From an uncultured Clostridia bacterium (GTDB lineage Bacteria; Bacillota; Clostridia; Christensenellales; UBA1242), in the NCBI GenBank assembly GCA_944377145.1, contig CALWEH010000003.1:55655-119654 (forward strand): 64,000 nt of DNA, in the 5' to 3' direction. Of this stretch, positions 9,732 to 18,019 are shown piece after piece. The translations under genes and the position numbers were made by a program. The number at the start of each line of letters is the position of its first letter. The stretch's first letter is position 1. The notes below the pieces were generated by a model that saw only the letters and a program-made list of their open reading frames with translations, did not search any database and was not told the origin of the DNA.

Positions 9732-12235
9732 TATTCTTCAATCCTTTTAAGTGAAAAACATTCAATTATATCTCCCACTTTAATATCGTTGAATGATAAT
9801 TTAATACCACACTCTCTTCCTTTACCAGCTTCTTTAACATCATCTTTAACAATTTTTACAGATATTAAATCACAATCTTCTACAATAACTTCACCGTCAC
9901 GAATAACTCTAGCATGAGTATTTCTAGCTACCACTCCATCACGAACAATACTTCCTGCTACTATTCCTACTCCTGTAAGCTTAAATACCATAAGTACTTC
10001 AGCTTTACCTAATTCTACTTTTTCGTATTTAGGCTCTTTCATTCCCTTCATAATTGCTTCTAAATCATCTAGCAATTCATATATAATACGATAATTTTTA
10101 ATATTAACTTTTAATCTTTCTGCTACAGTTTTAACCTTGCTATCAATATGTGTATTAAATCCTAAAATAATTGCATTAGAAGCATTTGCAAGAATAACAT
10201 CTGATTCAGAAATTCCACCTACCGCACTATGCAATATATTTACTTTTACTTCATCATTGTTAATTTTAGCGATAGATTGTTTAATAGCTTCAAGTGAACC
10301 TCCCACATCAGTTTTTAATAACACATTTAATATTTTCATGTTTCCTTCACTTGTTTTAGCCATTAAATCTTCAATAGTATTAGCACTAGTAGAATTTGCT
10401 AATTCATTTTTTATTTTATTTTTACGTTCCTCTACAATTTCTTTAGACAATTTCTCATCAACAACTGTAAAGTTTTCTCCAGCTATAGGCACTTCACTAA
10501 AACCAAGCACTGATACAGGCATTGATGGAGTTGCAACTTTAATGCTTTTATTATTTTCATCAATCATTGCTTTAACTTTACAAATACATGTTCCACTTAC
10601 AAGAGTATCTCCAATATGCAAACTACCATTTCTTACAATTAATGAAGCAACCACTCCTCTACCTTTATCTAGTTTAGATTCCAAAATAGTTCCCATTGCA
10701 GGAGCGTTAGGATTTGCTTTTAATTCTGCCATTTCCGCCACCAAAAGAATAGTATCTAAAAGTTTATCTATTCCCATTCCTGTTAGAGCTGAAATTGGAA
10801 CTATAATAGCATCTCCTCCCCAAGCTTCTGGCAATACACCATTTTCTGCTAATTGTTGCATTATTCTATCTGGATTTGCCTGAGGCTTATCCATTTTATT
10901 TATAGCCACAATCATTGGAACATTAGCAGATTTTATATGATTAATTGCCTCTATTGTTTGAGGCATTATACCATCATCTGCAGCCACAACAAGAACAGCA
11001 ATATCTGTTACAGATGTTCCTCTTGCACGCATATCAGTAAATGCTTCATGACCTGGAGTATCTATAAATGTTATATATTTACCATTAACATTTACTTTAT
11101 ATGCCCCTATATGTTGAGTAATACCACCAGCTTCACCTAAAGTAACTTTAGATTTTCTAATATAGTCTAATAAAGAAGTTTTACCATGGTCAACATGTCC
11201 CATAACTGTTACAATTGGAGGACGAGGTTGAGCTTCTTCATCACTATAATTTGAAATTGTATGTTGAACTTCTTTTAATTTTTCTTCACTTGTTTTGTCT
11301 AATTTTTGAATAAGTTCTACACCCATTTCATTTGCAATAAGTTCTGCAGTTTGGAAATCAATGACTGAATTTATTGTAACCATCATTCCTAAAAGCATAA
11401 ATTTCTTTATTATTTCACTTACGCTTTTACCTGTAACTTCACTTAACAATTTAACTGTAATATTATCTGTTGTGATTATTGCTGGACCTGCTGGTTTTAC
11501 AACTACAGGTTTTTCTTCTTTTTTCTTAGTGCGAACTTTTCTAGACAACATTCTATCTTCTGTATTTTCTTCTTCTATCATACCTCTACGCAATAAATCT
11601 CGTTTGGTATATGTCTTTTTCTCTTCGTATTGCACTCCACCTTTCTTTTTATTAGAGTAATCACGTTGAGGTTGACTTTCTATAATAGGTTTATCGAATA
11701 TAGGCTTTGGTTTATTCATAAAACTTGGCTTAGCTATTGGTTTTATAGGTTTATTAAATGGTTTGTTTTGCTGAGTATTGCGTGAAAAACCATGTTGAGT
11801 TGAATTTAGTTTGTTTCTATTAAAATCTTGACTTTGTTGAGGACGATTAAAATTCCTATTATTTTGGTTATATTGACCTTGAGGTTTAGTTTGATTATAT
11901 TGGTTTTCATTACGGCGATTATTAATTGGGCGCGCTTGGTTATTTTGAGTTTTTACTTTTGAAGATGTGTTATCATTTTGGTTTATAGGTTGTTCTACTT
12001 CTTTTTTAGGACTTGGTTCTACAGCTTTAACCTTTTCCTCTTTTATACTTTTTTCTTTTTCAGATTGAATTTGAAGTGTTAGATTTTTTTCTCTATTTCT
12101 AGCACTTTTACATAAATTATCCATTTTTATTTTCAAATCTTTAATATTTCCTGTAAGTGCGGAAAATTTACCTTCCTTTATGAAAGATTTTAATAAATTA
12201 ATATTATCAAATGATACTTTTTGTTTATTTTCCAT
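9731..12235 (-). CDS. infB: translation initiation factor IF-2
   Basis: 834 aa with G-domain motifs VMGHVDHGKTSLLD, DTPGHEAF and NKMD. The N-terminal region is Asn/Gln/Lys-rich low complexity. Confidence 0.97.
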   Translation of the reverse strand: MENKQKVSFDNINLLKSFIKEGKFSALTGNIKDLKIKMDNLCKSARNREKNLTLQIQSEKEKSIKEEKVKAVEPSPKKEVEQPINQNDNTSSKVKTQNNQARPINNRRNENQYNQTKPQGQYNQNNRNFNRPQQSQDFNRNKLNSTQHGFSRNTQQNKPFNKPIKPIAKPSFMNKPKPIFDKPIIESQPQRDYSNKKKGGVQYEEKKTYTKRDLLRRGMIEEENTEDRMLSRKVRTKKKEEKPVVVKPAGPAIITTDNITVKLLSEVTGKSVSEIIKKFMLLGMMVTINSVIDFQTAELIANEMGVELIQKLDKTSEEKLKEVQHTISNYSDEEAQPRPPIVTVMGHVDHGKTSLLDYIRKSKVTLGEAGGITQHIGAYKVNVNGKYITFIDTPGHEAFTDMRARGTSVTDIAVLVVAADDGIMPQTIEAINHIKSANVPMIVAINKMDKPQANPDRIMQQLAENGVLPEAWGGDAIIVPISALTGMGIDKLLDTILLVAEMAELKANPNAPAMGTILESKLDKGRGVVASLIVRNGSLHIGDTLVSGTCICKVKAMIDENNKSIKVATPSMPVSVLGFSEVPIAGENFTVVDEKLSKEIVEERKNKIKNELANSTSANTIEDLMAKTSEGNMKILNVLLKTDVGGSLEAIKQSIAKINNDEVKVNILHSAVGGISESDVILANASNAIILGFNTHIDSKVKTVAERLKVNIKNYRIIYELLDDLEAIMKGMKEPKYEKVELGKAEVLMVFKLTGVGIVAGSIVRDGVVARNTHARVIRDGEVIVEDCDLISVKIVKDDVKEAGKGRECGIKLSFNDIKVGDIIECFSLKRIEE

Positions 12236-12545
12236 TATTTTCTCCTATCTCATTTTTATTTTCCGCCACTTTAAGTATAGCTTCGCTAAGTGAACTATTT
12301 TTTAATCCTAAAATTTTACAACCTTGTATGTTTGTATACTCTTGCAAATTTTCATCTAAACATAATGTATTACAACCATATTTTTCGCCCAACCTTAATG
12401 CAAGGTCTTTTAAATTTTGACTAGCTGTTTTACAATATATTATTAAATATACTTTGCTTTTATTTTTCTTTAATTGATCTTGACCTATAATCACAGACCT
12501 TGATTTTATACTAAACCCAATATAAGTTTTTATTAAATTATTCAA
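12225..12545 (-). CDS. ylxQ: L7Ae-family RNA-binding protein YlxQ
   Basis: 106 aa in the conserved slot between ylxR and infB, with an L7Ae-like pattern (GFSIKSR.VI.G.D...). Confidence 0.75.
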   Translation of the reverse strand: MNNLIKTYIGFSIKSRSVIIGQDQLKKNKSKVYLIIYCKTASQNLKDLALRLGEKYGCNTLCLDENLQEYTNIQGCKILGLKNSSLSEAILKVAENKNEIGENNGK

Positions 12546-12792
12546 TATAACCTCTCAATTTATTATAAATTTCATCTAAATTTGTTTTAAAAGCCCTATT
12601 TAATAGTTTTTTTTCAATAGCTTTTGATATACATTCATTATTTTTACAAATATATGCACTTCTACCATTTAGTTTATAGCTTTCATCTATTAGATATTCA
12701 TTATTAATTCTAGATATTTTAAGCATTTCTTGTTTTAATTTTACTTGCCTACAAGCAATACATCTACGTTCAAATTTATTATGCATATTCAC
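12538..12792 (-). CDS. ylxR: YlxR/RnpM family (DUF448) RNA-binding protein
   Basis: 84 aa: RRCIACRQVK.K.E...I........D......GRSAYIC....C. Sits directly after nusA. Confidence 0.85.
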   Translation of the reverse strand: MNMHNKFERRCIACRQVKLKQEMLKISRINNEYLIDESYKLNGRSAYICKNNECISKAIEKKLLNRAFKTNLDEIYNKLRGYIE

Positions 12793-13920
12793 CTAATCAT
12801 CAATATCATCAAAAATATTCTCGTCTACATCATCTACTATAATATTCACATCATTAGCAACTACAACATCATTTGTATGTGCACGCTCTTTTTCACCTTT
12901 AACATCTAGCTTATATCCTGTGATTTTAGCTGCCAAACGAACATTATGCCCACCTTTCCCTATGGCAAGTGACAATTTATTTTCAGGCACTAAAACTTGA
13001 GCTTCTTGAGTTGATTCGTTTACAATTACTTCATTAACAGTTGCTGGATTAAGAGCTGAAATAATGTATTCTTTTGGATCTTGAGAATAATTTATAATAT
13101 CTATCTTTTCTCCATGCAATTCATTGATAATAGTATTAATTCTCATGCCTTTATTTCCAATGCATGCTCCTACAGCATCTAATCCTGGAATATTGGTTTT
13201 AACCGCCACTTTTGTTCTAAGGCCTGGTTCACGAGCTATGGCTACTATTTCAATATCTCCATTAGCAATTTCAGGCACTTCCATTTCTAACATTTTTTTA
13301 ACAAATGTAGGACTAGTACGAGTTACTTGAACAACTGTTCCTTTATAATCGTCTTTTATATGGCGTACAAATACCTTTATTTTATCTCCAATTCTAAATC
13401 TATCTTCTGGCAAACAATCTTTTTCTGTTAATAAACCTTCTAAGTTTGTTCCACCAATTTCTAAATAAATTTTATCTCCATCAATTCTTCTAACACTTGC
13501 AACTATTAGTTTTCCTTCTTTTTCTGCAATATCGTTGTATATAGTTTTCTTTTCTATCTCTTTAATATTCTGCACTACAACTTGTTTTGCAGTTTGAACT
13601 GCTATACGATTAAAGTTTTTTGGATTTTCTTCTTTCAAAACTAAATCGCCAATTTTATAAGATTTTTTTATCTCTTGAGCTTCTTTTAAGCTTATTTCTT
13701 TATCTGGATCTTCGACTTCTTCTACAACAGTTTTATATGAATAAATTTTTATAGTATACTTTTCAGGTATTAGTTTTACCTGTGCAGACCTTGCCTCTCC
13801 AAAAGTCTTTTTATATGCAGCTGTTAAAGCAGCTTCCATCATAGAAATCATAGTTTCTTGAGGAATTCCACGCTCAATCTCTAAATCTTTCAAAGCTTCA
13901 AAAAAATCTTTATTAATCAT
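12793..13920 (-). CDS. nusA: transcription termination/antitermination factor NusA
   Basis: 375 aa with an N-terminal domain (FEAL..LE.ERGI), an S1 domain and two KH domains (AVGACIG.KG.RI, LAIGKGG.NVRLA). Confidence 0.95.
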   Translation of the reverse strand: MINKDFFEALKDLEIERGIPQETMISMMEAALTAAYKKTFGEARSAQVKLIPEKYTIKIYSYKTVVEEVEDPDKEISLKEAQEIKKSYKIGDLVLKEENPKNFNRIAVQTAKQVVVQNIKEIEKKTIYNDIAEKEGKLIVASVRRIDGDKIYLEIGGTNLEGLLTEKDCLPEDRFRIGDKIKVFVRHIKDDYKGTVVQVTRTSPTFVKKMLEMEVPEIANGDIEIVAIAREPGLRTKVAVKTNIPGLDAVGACIGNKGMRINTIINELHGEKIDIINYSQDPKEYIISALNPATVNEVIVNESTQEAQVLVPENKLSLAIGKGGHNVRLAAKITGYKLDVKGEKERAHTNDVVVANDVNIIVDDVDENIFDDIDD

Positions 13921-13931
13921 AATATCTCTCC

Positions 13932-14384
13932 TTAAAACTCAATATATGGCGTAATTTGTGCCACTAAATCTTTTGAAATGTTTACAACTTTTCCATTTAT
14001 ATCAAATTCAAAATTATCTTTATATGCTTTTAATATTGCATCAAATGTTTTTAAATCTTCTACTTTTTTATACAAGCTAACACTTACTTTCTTATTTAAA
14101 TATTTATCAAACTGCCAATCATACTTTAATGGTTTATCAATTCCGTATGATGATACATCTAGACAAAAGCTTTCATCATTTGTAGGATTTAGCTGGTCAA
14201 TTATTGGGTCTATTAATTTGCTTACTTTTTCACAATCTTCTATACTAACTCCATCTAGCTTATCTATATACACAATTAAATGCATATTATCATATTTTTT
14301 TACATATTCAACTTCAACTAATTGAATATCACTCCCTTCAAATAGAGGACTAATTGCTTGATATACTAAATCAGCAGTTCTCAT
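13932..14384 (-). CDS. rimP: ribosome maturation factor RimP
   Basis: 150 aa in the first position of the rimP-nusA-infB operon (L.VEVEY.K......L.VYIDK..GV.I.DCE.VS). Confidence 0.85.
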   Translation of the reverse strand: MRTADLVYQAISPLFEGSDIQLVEVEYVKKYDNMHLIVYIDKLDGVSIEDCEKVSKLIDPIIDQLNPTNDESFCLDVSSYGIDKPLKYDWQFDKYLNKKVSVSLYKKVEDLKTFDAILKAYKDNFEFDINGKVVNISKDLVAQITPYIEF

Positions 14385-14430
14385 ACACTCTCCTTTTTAT
14401 TTTTCAATAAATATCTTATTTCAAACAATG

Positions 14431-14454
14431 AGGAGTGGGATCAAGCCCACTCCT
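14431..14454 (-). promoter_or_regulatory. GC-rich 5'-leader hairpin of the rimP-nusA-infB operon (candidate attenuator or 5' stabiliser)
   Basis: AGGAGTGGG-CTTGAT-CCCACTCCT is a perfect 9-bp stem. It is the only GC-rich island in a 235-bp AT-rich spacer. On the minus strand it is followed by CATTGTTTG (an interrupted U tract) and lies just downstream of the predicted promoter. Confidence 0.45.
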
Positions 14455-14467
14455 ACTCCGCATTTAT

Positions 14468-14496
14468 ATATTAACATAAAACTAATTATTTTACAA
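14468..14496 (-). promoter_or_regulatory. sigma-A-type promoter for the rimP operon
   Basis: Minus strand: TTGTAA, 17 nt spacer, TGtTAATAT. The predicted transcript would begin just before the leader hairpin. Confidence 0.55.
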
Positions 14497-14573
14497 TAGT
14501 TTTTAATAAATTTATTTAAAATTTTTAAAATTTTATATTTATACATAGATATAGTTTAATTTTAACCCTTATA

Positions 14574-14602
14574 TTGACATAATTATATAATTGTGTTATA
14601 AC
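14574..14602 (+). promoter_or_regulatory. sigma-A-type promoter for the lone plus-strand gene
   Basis: Plus strand: TTGACA, 17 nt spacer, TGtTATAAC, followed by AAAGGA and the ATG at 14620. Confidence 0.7.
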
Positions 14603-14619
14603 TACAAAAAGGAAAAAAT

Positions 14620-15189
14620 ATGGAAAGTTTCTCTAACACAATAATTGCAATAACATCAAAAATTAATAATATAACATTAGTTGATTTAACAAATGATAAA
14701 ATATTAAATGAAAAACAAAGAGTTATTTTGAAAATGACTTTTGGTATAGGATTTAATAGAAAGTATAATGAATCTGAAATAGCCACTCATCTAAATAAAA
14801 ATTTGTTATATGTTAGAAGATTAAAAAGCATGGCATATAGAGCTTTAGTGTATAAATACTCATTTTATTTAAAATGTAAAGACAGCTCTTCTTTAGCAGA
14901 GAAAATAATTTCATCATCAAATTATATGTTAACAGTTAAAGATTTAAATACTAAATTAGTATATAAAGTGGTAAATTCTTTAAATAAGAGAGATAAATAT
15001 ATAATGTTTAGACTATTTAGTATATTTAATGATGATAATAAAGACAATGTTCAAGATATTATAAACACCCTTAATATAACTAGAGATGAAATTTCTTTAA
15101 TATCTCAACAAATTATTGATAAAATTGTAAATCTACATTTAGCAGAAAAGAAAAGGGTTAACAAATATATTTCAAATATTGTAATATAA
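14620..15189 (+). CDS. hypothetical DNA-binding protein with two sigma-70 region-4-like HTH modules
   Basis: 189 aa. Module 1 is LNEKQRVILKMTFGIGFNRKYNESEIATHLNKNLLYVRRLKSMAYRAL; module 2 is LNKRDKYIMFRLFSIFNDDNKDNVQDIINTLNITRDEISLISQQIIDKI. It has its own promoter, RBS and terminator. Confidence 0.6.
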   Translation: MESFSNTIIAITSKINNITLVDLTNDKILNEKQRVILKMTFGIGFNRKYNESEIATHLNKNLLYVRRLKSMAYRALVYKYSFYLKCKDSSSLAEKIISSSNYMLTVKDLNTKLVYKVVNSLNKRDKYIMFRLFSIFNDDNKDNVQDIINTLNITRDEISLISQQIIDKIVNLHLAEKKRVNKYISNIVI

Positions 15190-15221
15190 CAAAAAAGACA
15201 AATAAAATATTTGTCTTTTTA
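15190..15221. terminator. bidirectional rho-independent terminator between convergent genes
   Basis: AAAAAAGACAAATA-AAA-TATTTGTCTTTTT: a 9-14 bp stem flanked by an A run and a T run. It serves the plus-strand gene and the minus-strand PolC-like gene, whose stop lies in the T run. Confidence 0.85.
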
Positions 15222-16808
15222 TATTAATTTTAAAAATGCTTTTGCTGTTGCCAAACAATCATTTACTGCACGATGGGCACCTACTAAAGATACTCCAAGA
15301 GCCTCTGTTATAGTGCCTAATTTATAATTTTTTAATCCTTTTAATTTATTTCTTGCTAAAATCATTGTATCATATTGAGGATTATCAAAATTATACATCA
15401 TCTTTTTTGCTATATTAGATAAAAATCCATAATCAAAAGCTATATTATGAGCCACTAATCCGCAACCATAACAATATTTATAAAAATCTGGAATAACATA
15501 ATTTATAGCTGGAGCATTTTCTACCATTTCATTTGTTATATGTGTTAAATCAGTAATTTCTTGAGGTATTAACACACTAGGTTTAACAAAAGTTGAAAAA
15601 GTCGATACTATTTTCCCTTTTGATATTTTTACAGCACCTATTTCTATTATTTCATCTTTACTACTTTCTAATCCTGTAGTTTCAAAGTCAAATACTACAT
15701 AATCTTTATTTAAAGCATCATTAGATGATTTACCATTAATTTCCTCAAACATATTACTTTGTTCAAAATCTTCATAAGGTTGAGGGATTACTGTATGGTA
15801 ATGCTCATTTACATGTTTATATTTCACAGGAGGTATATATTTCTCAAAGTCACATATACATAACGAATTGGCAGTAAAATTAATACGCCCTTTATAGTTA
15901 TCAAATTTCCCAAATAAAGCTATTTTATTTCCAGCTTGAACTACCTCGCATTTTTTTTCTTCAGCAACACGAGGAAATAATGAACAATTCAAATATTTCC
16001 CATCATTCATAATGGTAATAGTGAAAAAATATCTCTCCTGCTCTGTAGTTCTATTATTTCTAGTAGTTTTTCTTATATAACTTCGTTTATCTATTTTAAC
16101 CACACTACCACATACTACACAATCAGCCATATTTTCTTGAACTTTACTAAAATCAAGTGCCATATTATATTCTGCCTTCCCAACTATATGCTGTACATTA
16201 GATATTTTATATAGCACTTTATTTTCAAAAAATTTAATACTATCTTGAAATTCTTTATTATCAGCAATAACATTTACATTTTCACCAGTATAATCTTGTT
16301 TTTTATGCAAAATCACTTTAAACTTTCCAAAAAAGTTTTCTTGCAATTTTTTTTCAATATCTTGCTCTCTACCCAATTTATTTGAAAATTCATACATCTG
16401 TGAATCTATATATAAATCTACAGAAATATTCATATCATCAATAGTTAATTTTATATCATCTAATGAAAAATTTTTAGATAAACTTGGAAAATTATTTGTA
16501 ATCATTGTTAAAATAAACAATGCAATGTTAGATTTATCTAAGGTACATTTATTAAATTTTGTTTCAATTATCACATTTTGAGGCAAACTTGATTTTAATA
16601 AATTTTCAATTTCCTCTACTTTATCAGCAACTTTAAAAAGTGTTGGATTATATAAAAAAACAACTGTGCAAACATGAGTATGCATATTAAATGTAACTTC
16701 TTTTAATTTTAACCCTTCATAGCTGTTTATTTCACTTGTAATATCCATATTTATTATTATATCAAACAAAATAAAAAAATCAAGAGAAATTTCTTGATTT
16801 TTTACCAT
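15219..16808 (-). CDS. PolC-like N-terminal/OB-fold plus DEDDh 3'-5' exonuclease protein lacking PHP and polymerase domains
   Basis: 529 aa. The exonuclease motifs are colinear with the PolC exonuclease: YVVFDFETTGL, IIEIGAVKI, LTHITNEMVENAP, LVAHNIAFDYGFL, GAHRAVNDCLATAKAF. An OB-like block precedes them (CGSVVKIDKRSY...YFFTITIMNDGKYLNCSLF). The protein ends right after the exonuclease domain. The start is uncertain (ATG 16808 or 16748; no clear SD for either). Confidence 0.7.
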   Translation of the reverse strand: MVKNQEISLDFFILFDIIINMDITSEINSYEGLKLKEVTFNMHTHVCTVVFLYNPTLFKVADKVEEIENLLKSSLPQNVIIETKFNKCTLDKSNIALFILTMITNNFPSLSKNFSLDDIKLTIDDMNISVDLYIDSQMYEFSNKLGREQDIEKKLQENFFGKFKVILHKKQDYTGENVNVIADNKEFQDSIKFFENKVLYKISNVQHIVGKAEYNMALDFSKVQENMADCVVCGSVVKIDKRSYIRKTTRNNRTTEQERYFFTITIMNDGKYLNCSLFPRVAEEKKCEVVQAGNKIALFGKFDNYKGRINFTANSLCICDFEKYIPPVKYKHVNEHYHTVIPQPYEDFEQSNMFEEINGKSSNDALNKDYVVFDFETTGLESSKDEIIEIGAVKISKGKIVSTFSTFVKPSVLIPQEITDLTHITNEMVENAPAINYVIPDFYKYCYGCGLVAHNIAFDYGFLSNIAKKMMYNFDNPQYDTMILARNKLKGLKNYKLGTITEALGVSLVGAHRAVNDCLATAKAFLKLI

Positions 16809-16814
16809 ATATAT

Positions 16815-17942
16815 TTAAGCTAAAAACTGAATTATATCTACTAATATAACAAATCCAAACAAAGCTAGCAAGCCAAAACCATGAATATACGCCTCTACAT
16901 TTCTATTGATAGGCTTTCTTCTAATCCATTCAATAAGCACAAATACCATACGAGCCCCATCTAATGATGGAATTGGAAGTAAGTTAAATACAGCTAAATT
17001 CACAGCAATAACAGGCAATAAAATAAATAAATAACTAAAGCTTTGTTGAGTACTTTCAGCCATAACTTTAATTGTAGTTACAGGCCCTCCTAAAGATTTA
17101 ATTGATAACTGCCCTGTAAATAAATCACCTAGTATAATAAAAATTTTATGAACCCATCTAAAACTAAAATCAAAACTTTCTCCTATTGCCTCTATAAACC
17201 CATACCTATATGTTTCAATTTCAAAATCATTTCCATCTACAGAAGCAAAGCTCCATACTTCTTCTCCATCTTGAATTTGCTGTTGTAATACTCCATTTAC
17301 CACTAAATTTTTGTCATCACGCTCTACATTTAGTGGAACTGTGCTATATAATACACCATTACTAGTCCAACTATCTTCTTCAAAATCAAGATTATTACTA
17401 ACATAATCTGTTAATAATCCATTAAAATATTCGTCATGTACGAAATCAAATTCTACACCATTAATTCCATATATTCTATCCCCTTCTTCTAAATGATTAA
17501 CTTCTTGATATTGAAAAGATGTATTAGAAATAGTTTTTACACTCACATCTTCATATCCAAAACTTACTAATAAAATATATGAAAAAATTATAGCTGATAG
17601 AAAATTAAAAAATGCTCCTGAGAACAATACTATTAATCTTTTCCAAGGTTTTTGATTATTAAATGCTGTAGGGCTATTACTATTTTCATCTTCTCCGTCA
17701 AAAGCACAATAGCCTCCTAAAGGGATAACTCTTAAGCTAAATAGCTCTCCATTTTTTTTCTTTTTTTGAAAAATTTTAGGTCCAAATCCTACTGAAAATT
17801 CATTGATTTTAAAGCCTAATATTTTACCCGCTATATAATGCCCAAACTCATGTATCATTACCATTAGTAGTAGTGCAAATATTGCAATTAATACATACCA
17901 AACATAAGATAATGTAGAGCCTATTGATAATATATAATTCAC
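16815..17942 (-). CDS. rseP: RIP (site-2) zinc metalloprotease RseP/YluC
   Basis: 375 aa with HEFGHY (the HExxH motif) in TM1, a PDZ-like middle region and NLLPIPSLDG near the C-terminus. Follows cdsA. Confidence 0.9.
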   Translation of the reverse strand: MNYILSIGSTLSYVWYVLIAIFALLLMVMIHEFGHYIAGKILGFKINEFSVGFGPKIFQKKKKNGELFSLRVIPLGGYCAFDGEDENSNSPTAFNNQKPWKRLIVLFSGAFFNFLSAIIFSYILLVSFGYEDVSVKTISNTSFQYQEVNHLEEGDRIYGINGVEFDFVHDEYFNGLLTDYVSNNLDFEEDSWTSNGVLYSTVPLNVERDDKNLVVNGVLQQQIQDGEEVWSFASVDGNDFEIETYRYGFIEAIGESFDFSFRWVHKIFIILGDLFTGQLSIKSLGGPVTTIKVMAESTQQSFSYLFILLPVIAVNLAVFNLLPIPSLDGARMVFVLIEWIRRKPINRNVEAYIHGFGLLALFGFVILVDIIQFLA

Positions 17943-18019
17943 GCATACTCCTTTAAATAATTTAGTCTTAATATATTATATTGCCAAGTTGTCCAAATAT
18001 ATGAATAAAATAATAAAAG

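Noticed and set aside
10137-10883. A 248-aa ORF on the plus strand, antisense to infB. This is strikingly long for such an AT-rich genome.
   Set aside because: In this register, an antisense stop requires the sense strand to have a Tyr codon (TAY) after a codon ending in T or C. Alternatively it needs a His/Gln codon (CAN) after a T-ending codon. The corresponding IF-2 segment (roughly residues 450-700) contains no Tyr and very few His or Gln. The open frame is therefore a compositional by-product. It also has no promoter or RBS, and the translated sequence is low-complexity with no recognisable protein motifs.
14431-14460. A GC-rich stem-loop that could be the T-arm of a tRNA or a fragment of a structured RNA.
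   Set aside because: There is no GTTCRANYC-type T-loop. The purely AT-rich flanks offer no acceptor, D or anticodon arms. It is better explained as a leader hairpin of the rimP operon.
14583-14786. A 67-aa minus-strand ORF overlapping the 5' end of the plus-strand 189-aa gene.
   Set aside because: The plus-strand ORF is about three times longer and has a near-consensus promoter, an RBS and a terminator. The minus-strand ORF has none of these and translates to a hydrophobic, low-information sequence.
16773-16803. A hairpin (ATCAAGA-N6-TCTTGAT) flanked by A and T runs, inside the first 20 codons of the PolC-like ORF. It could be the rseP terminator, which would imply a later start codon (16748).
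   Set aside because: The stem has only 7 bp with 2 G-C pairs, so it is weak. Neither candidate start has a Shine-Dalgarno sequence to decide the issue. I left it as a start-site uncertainty rather than calling a terminator.
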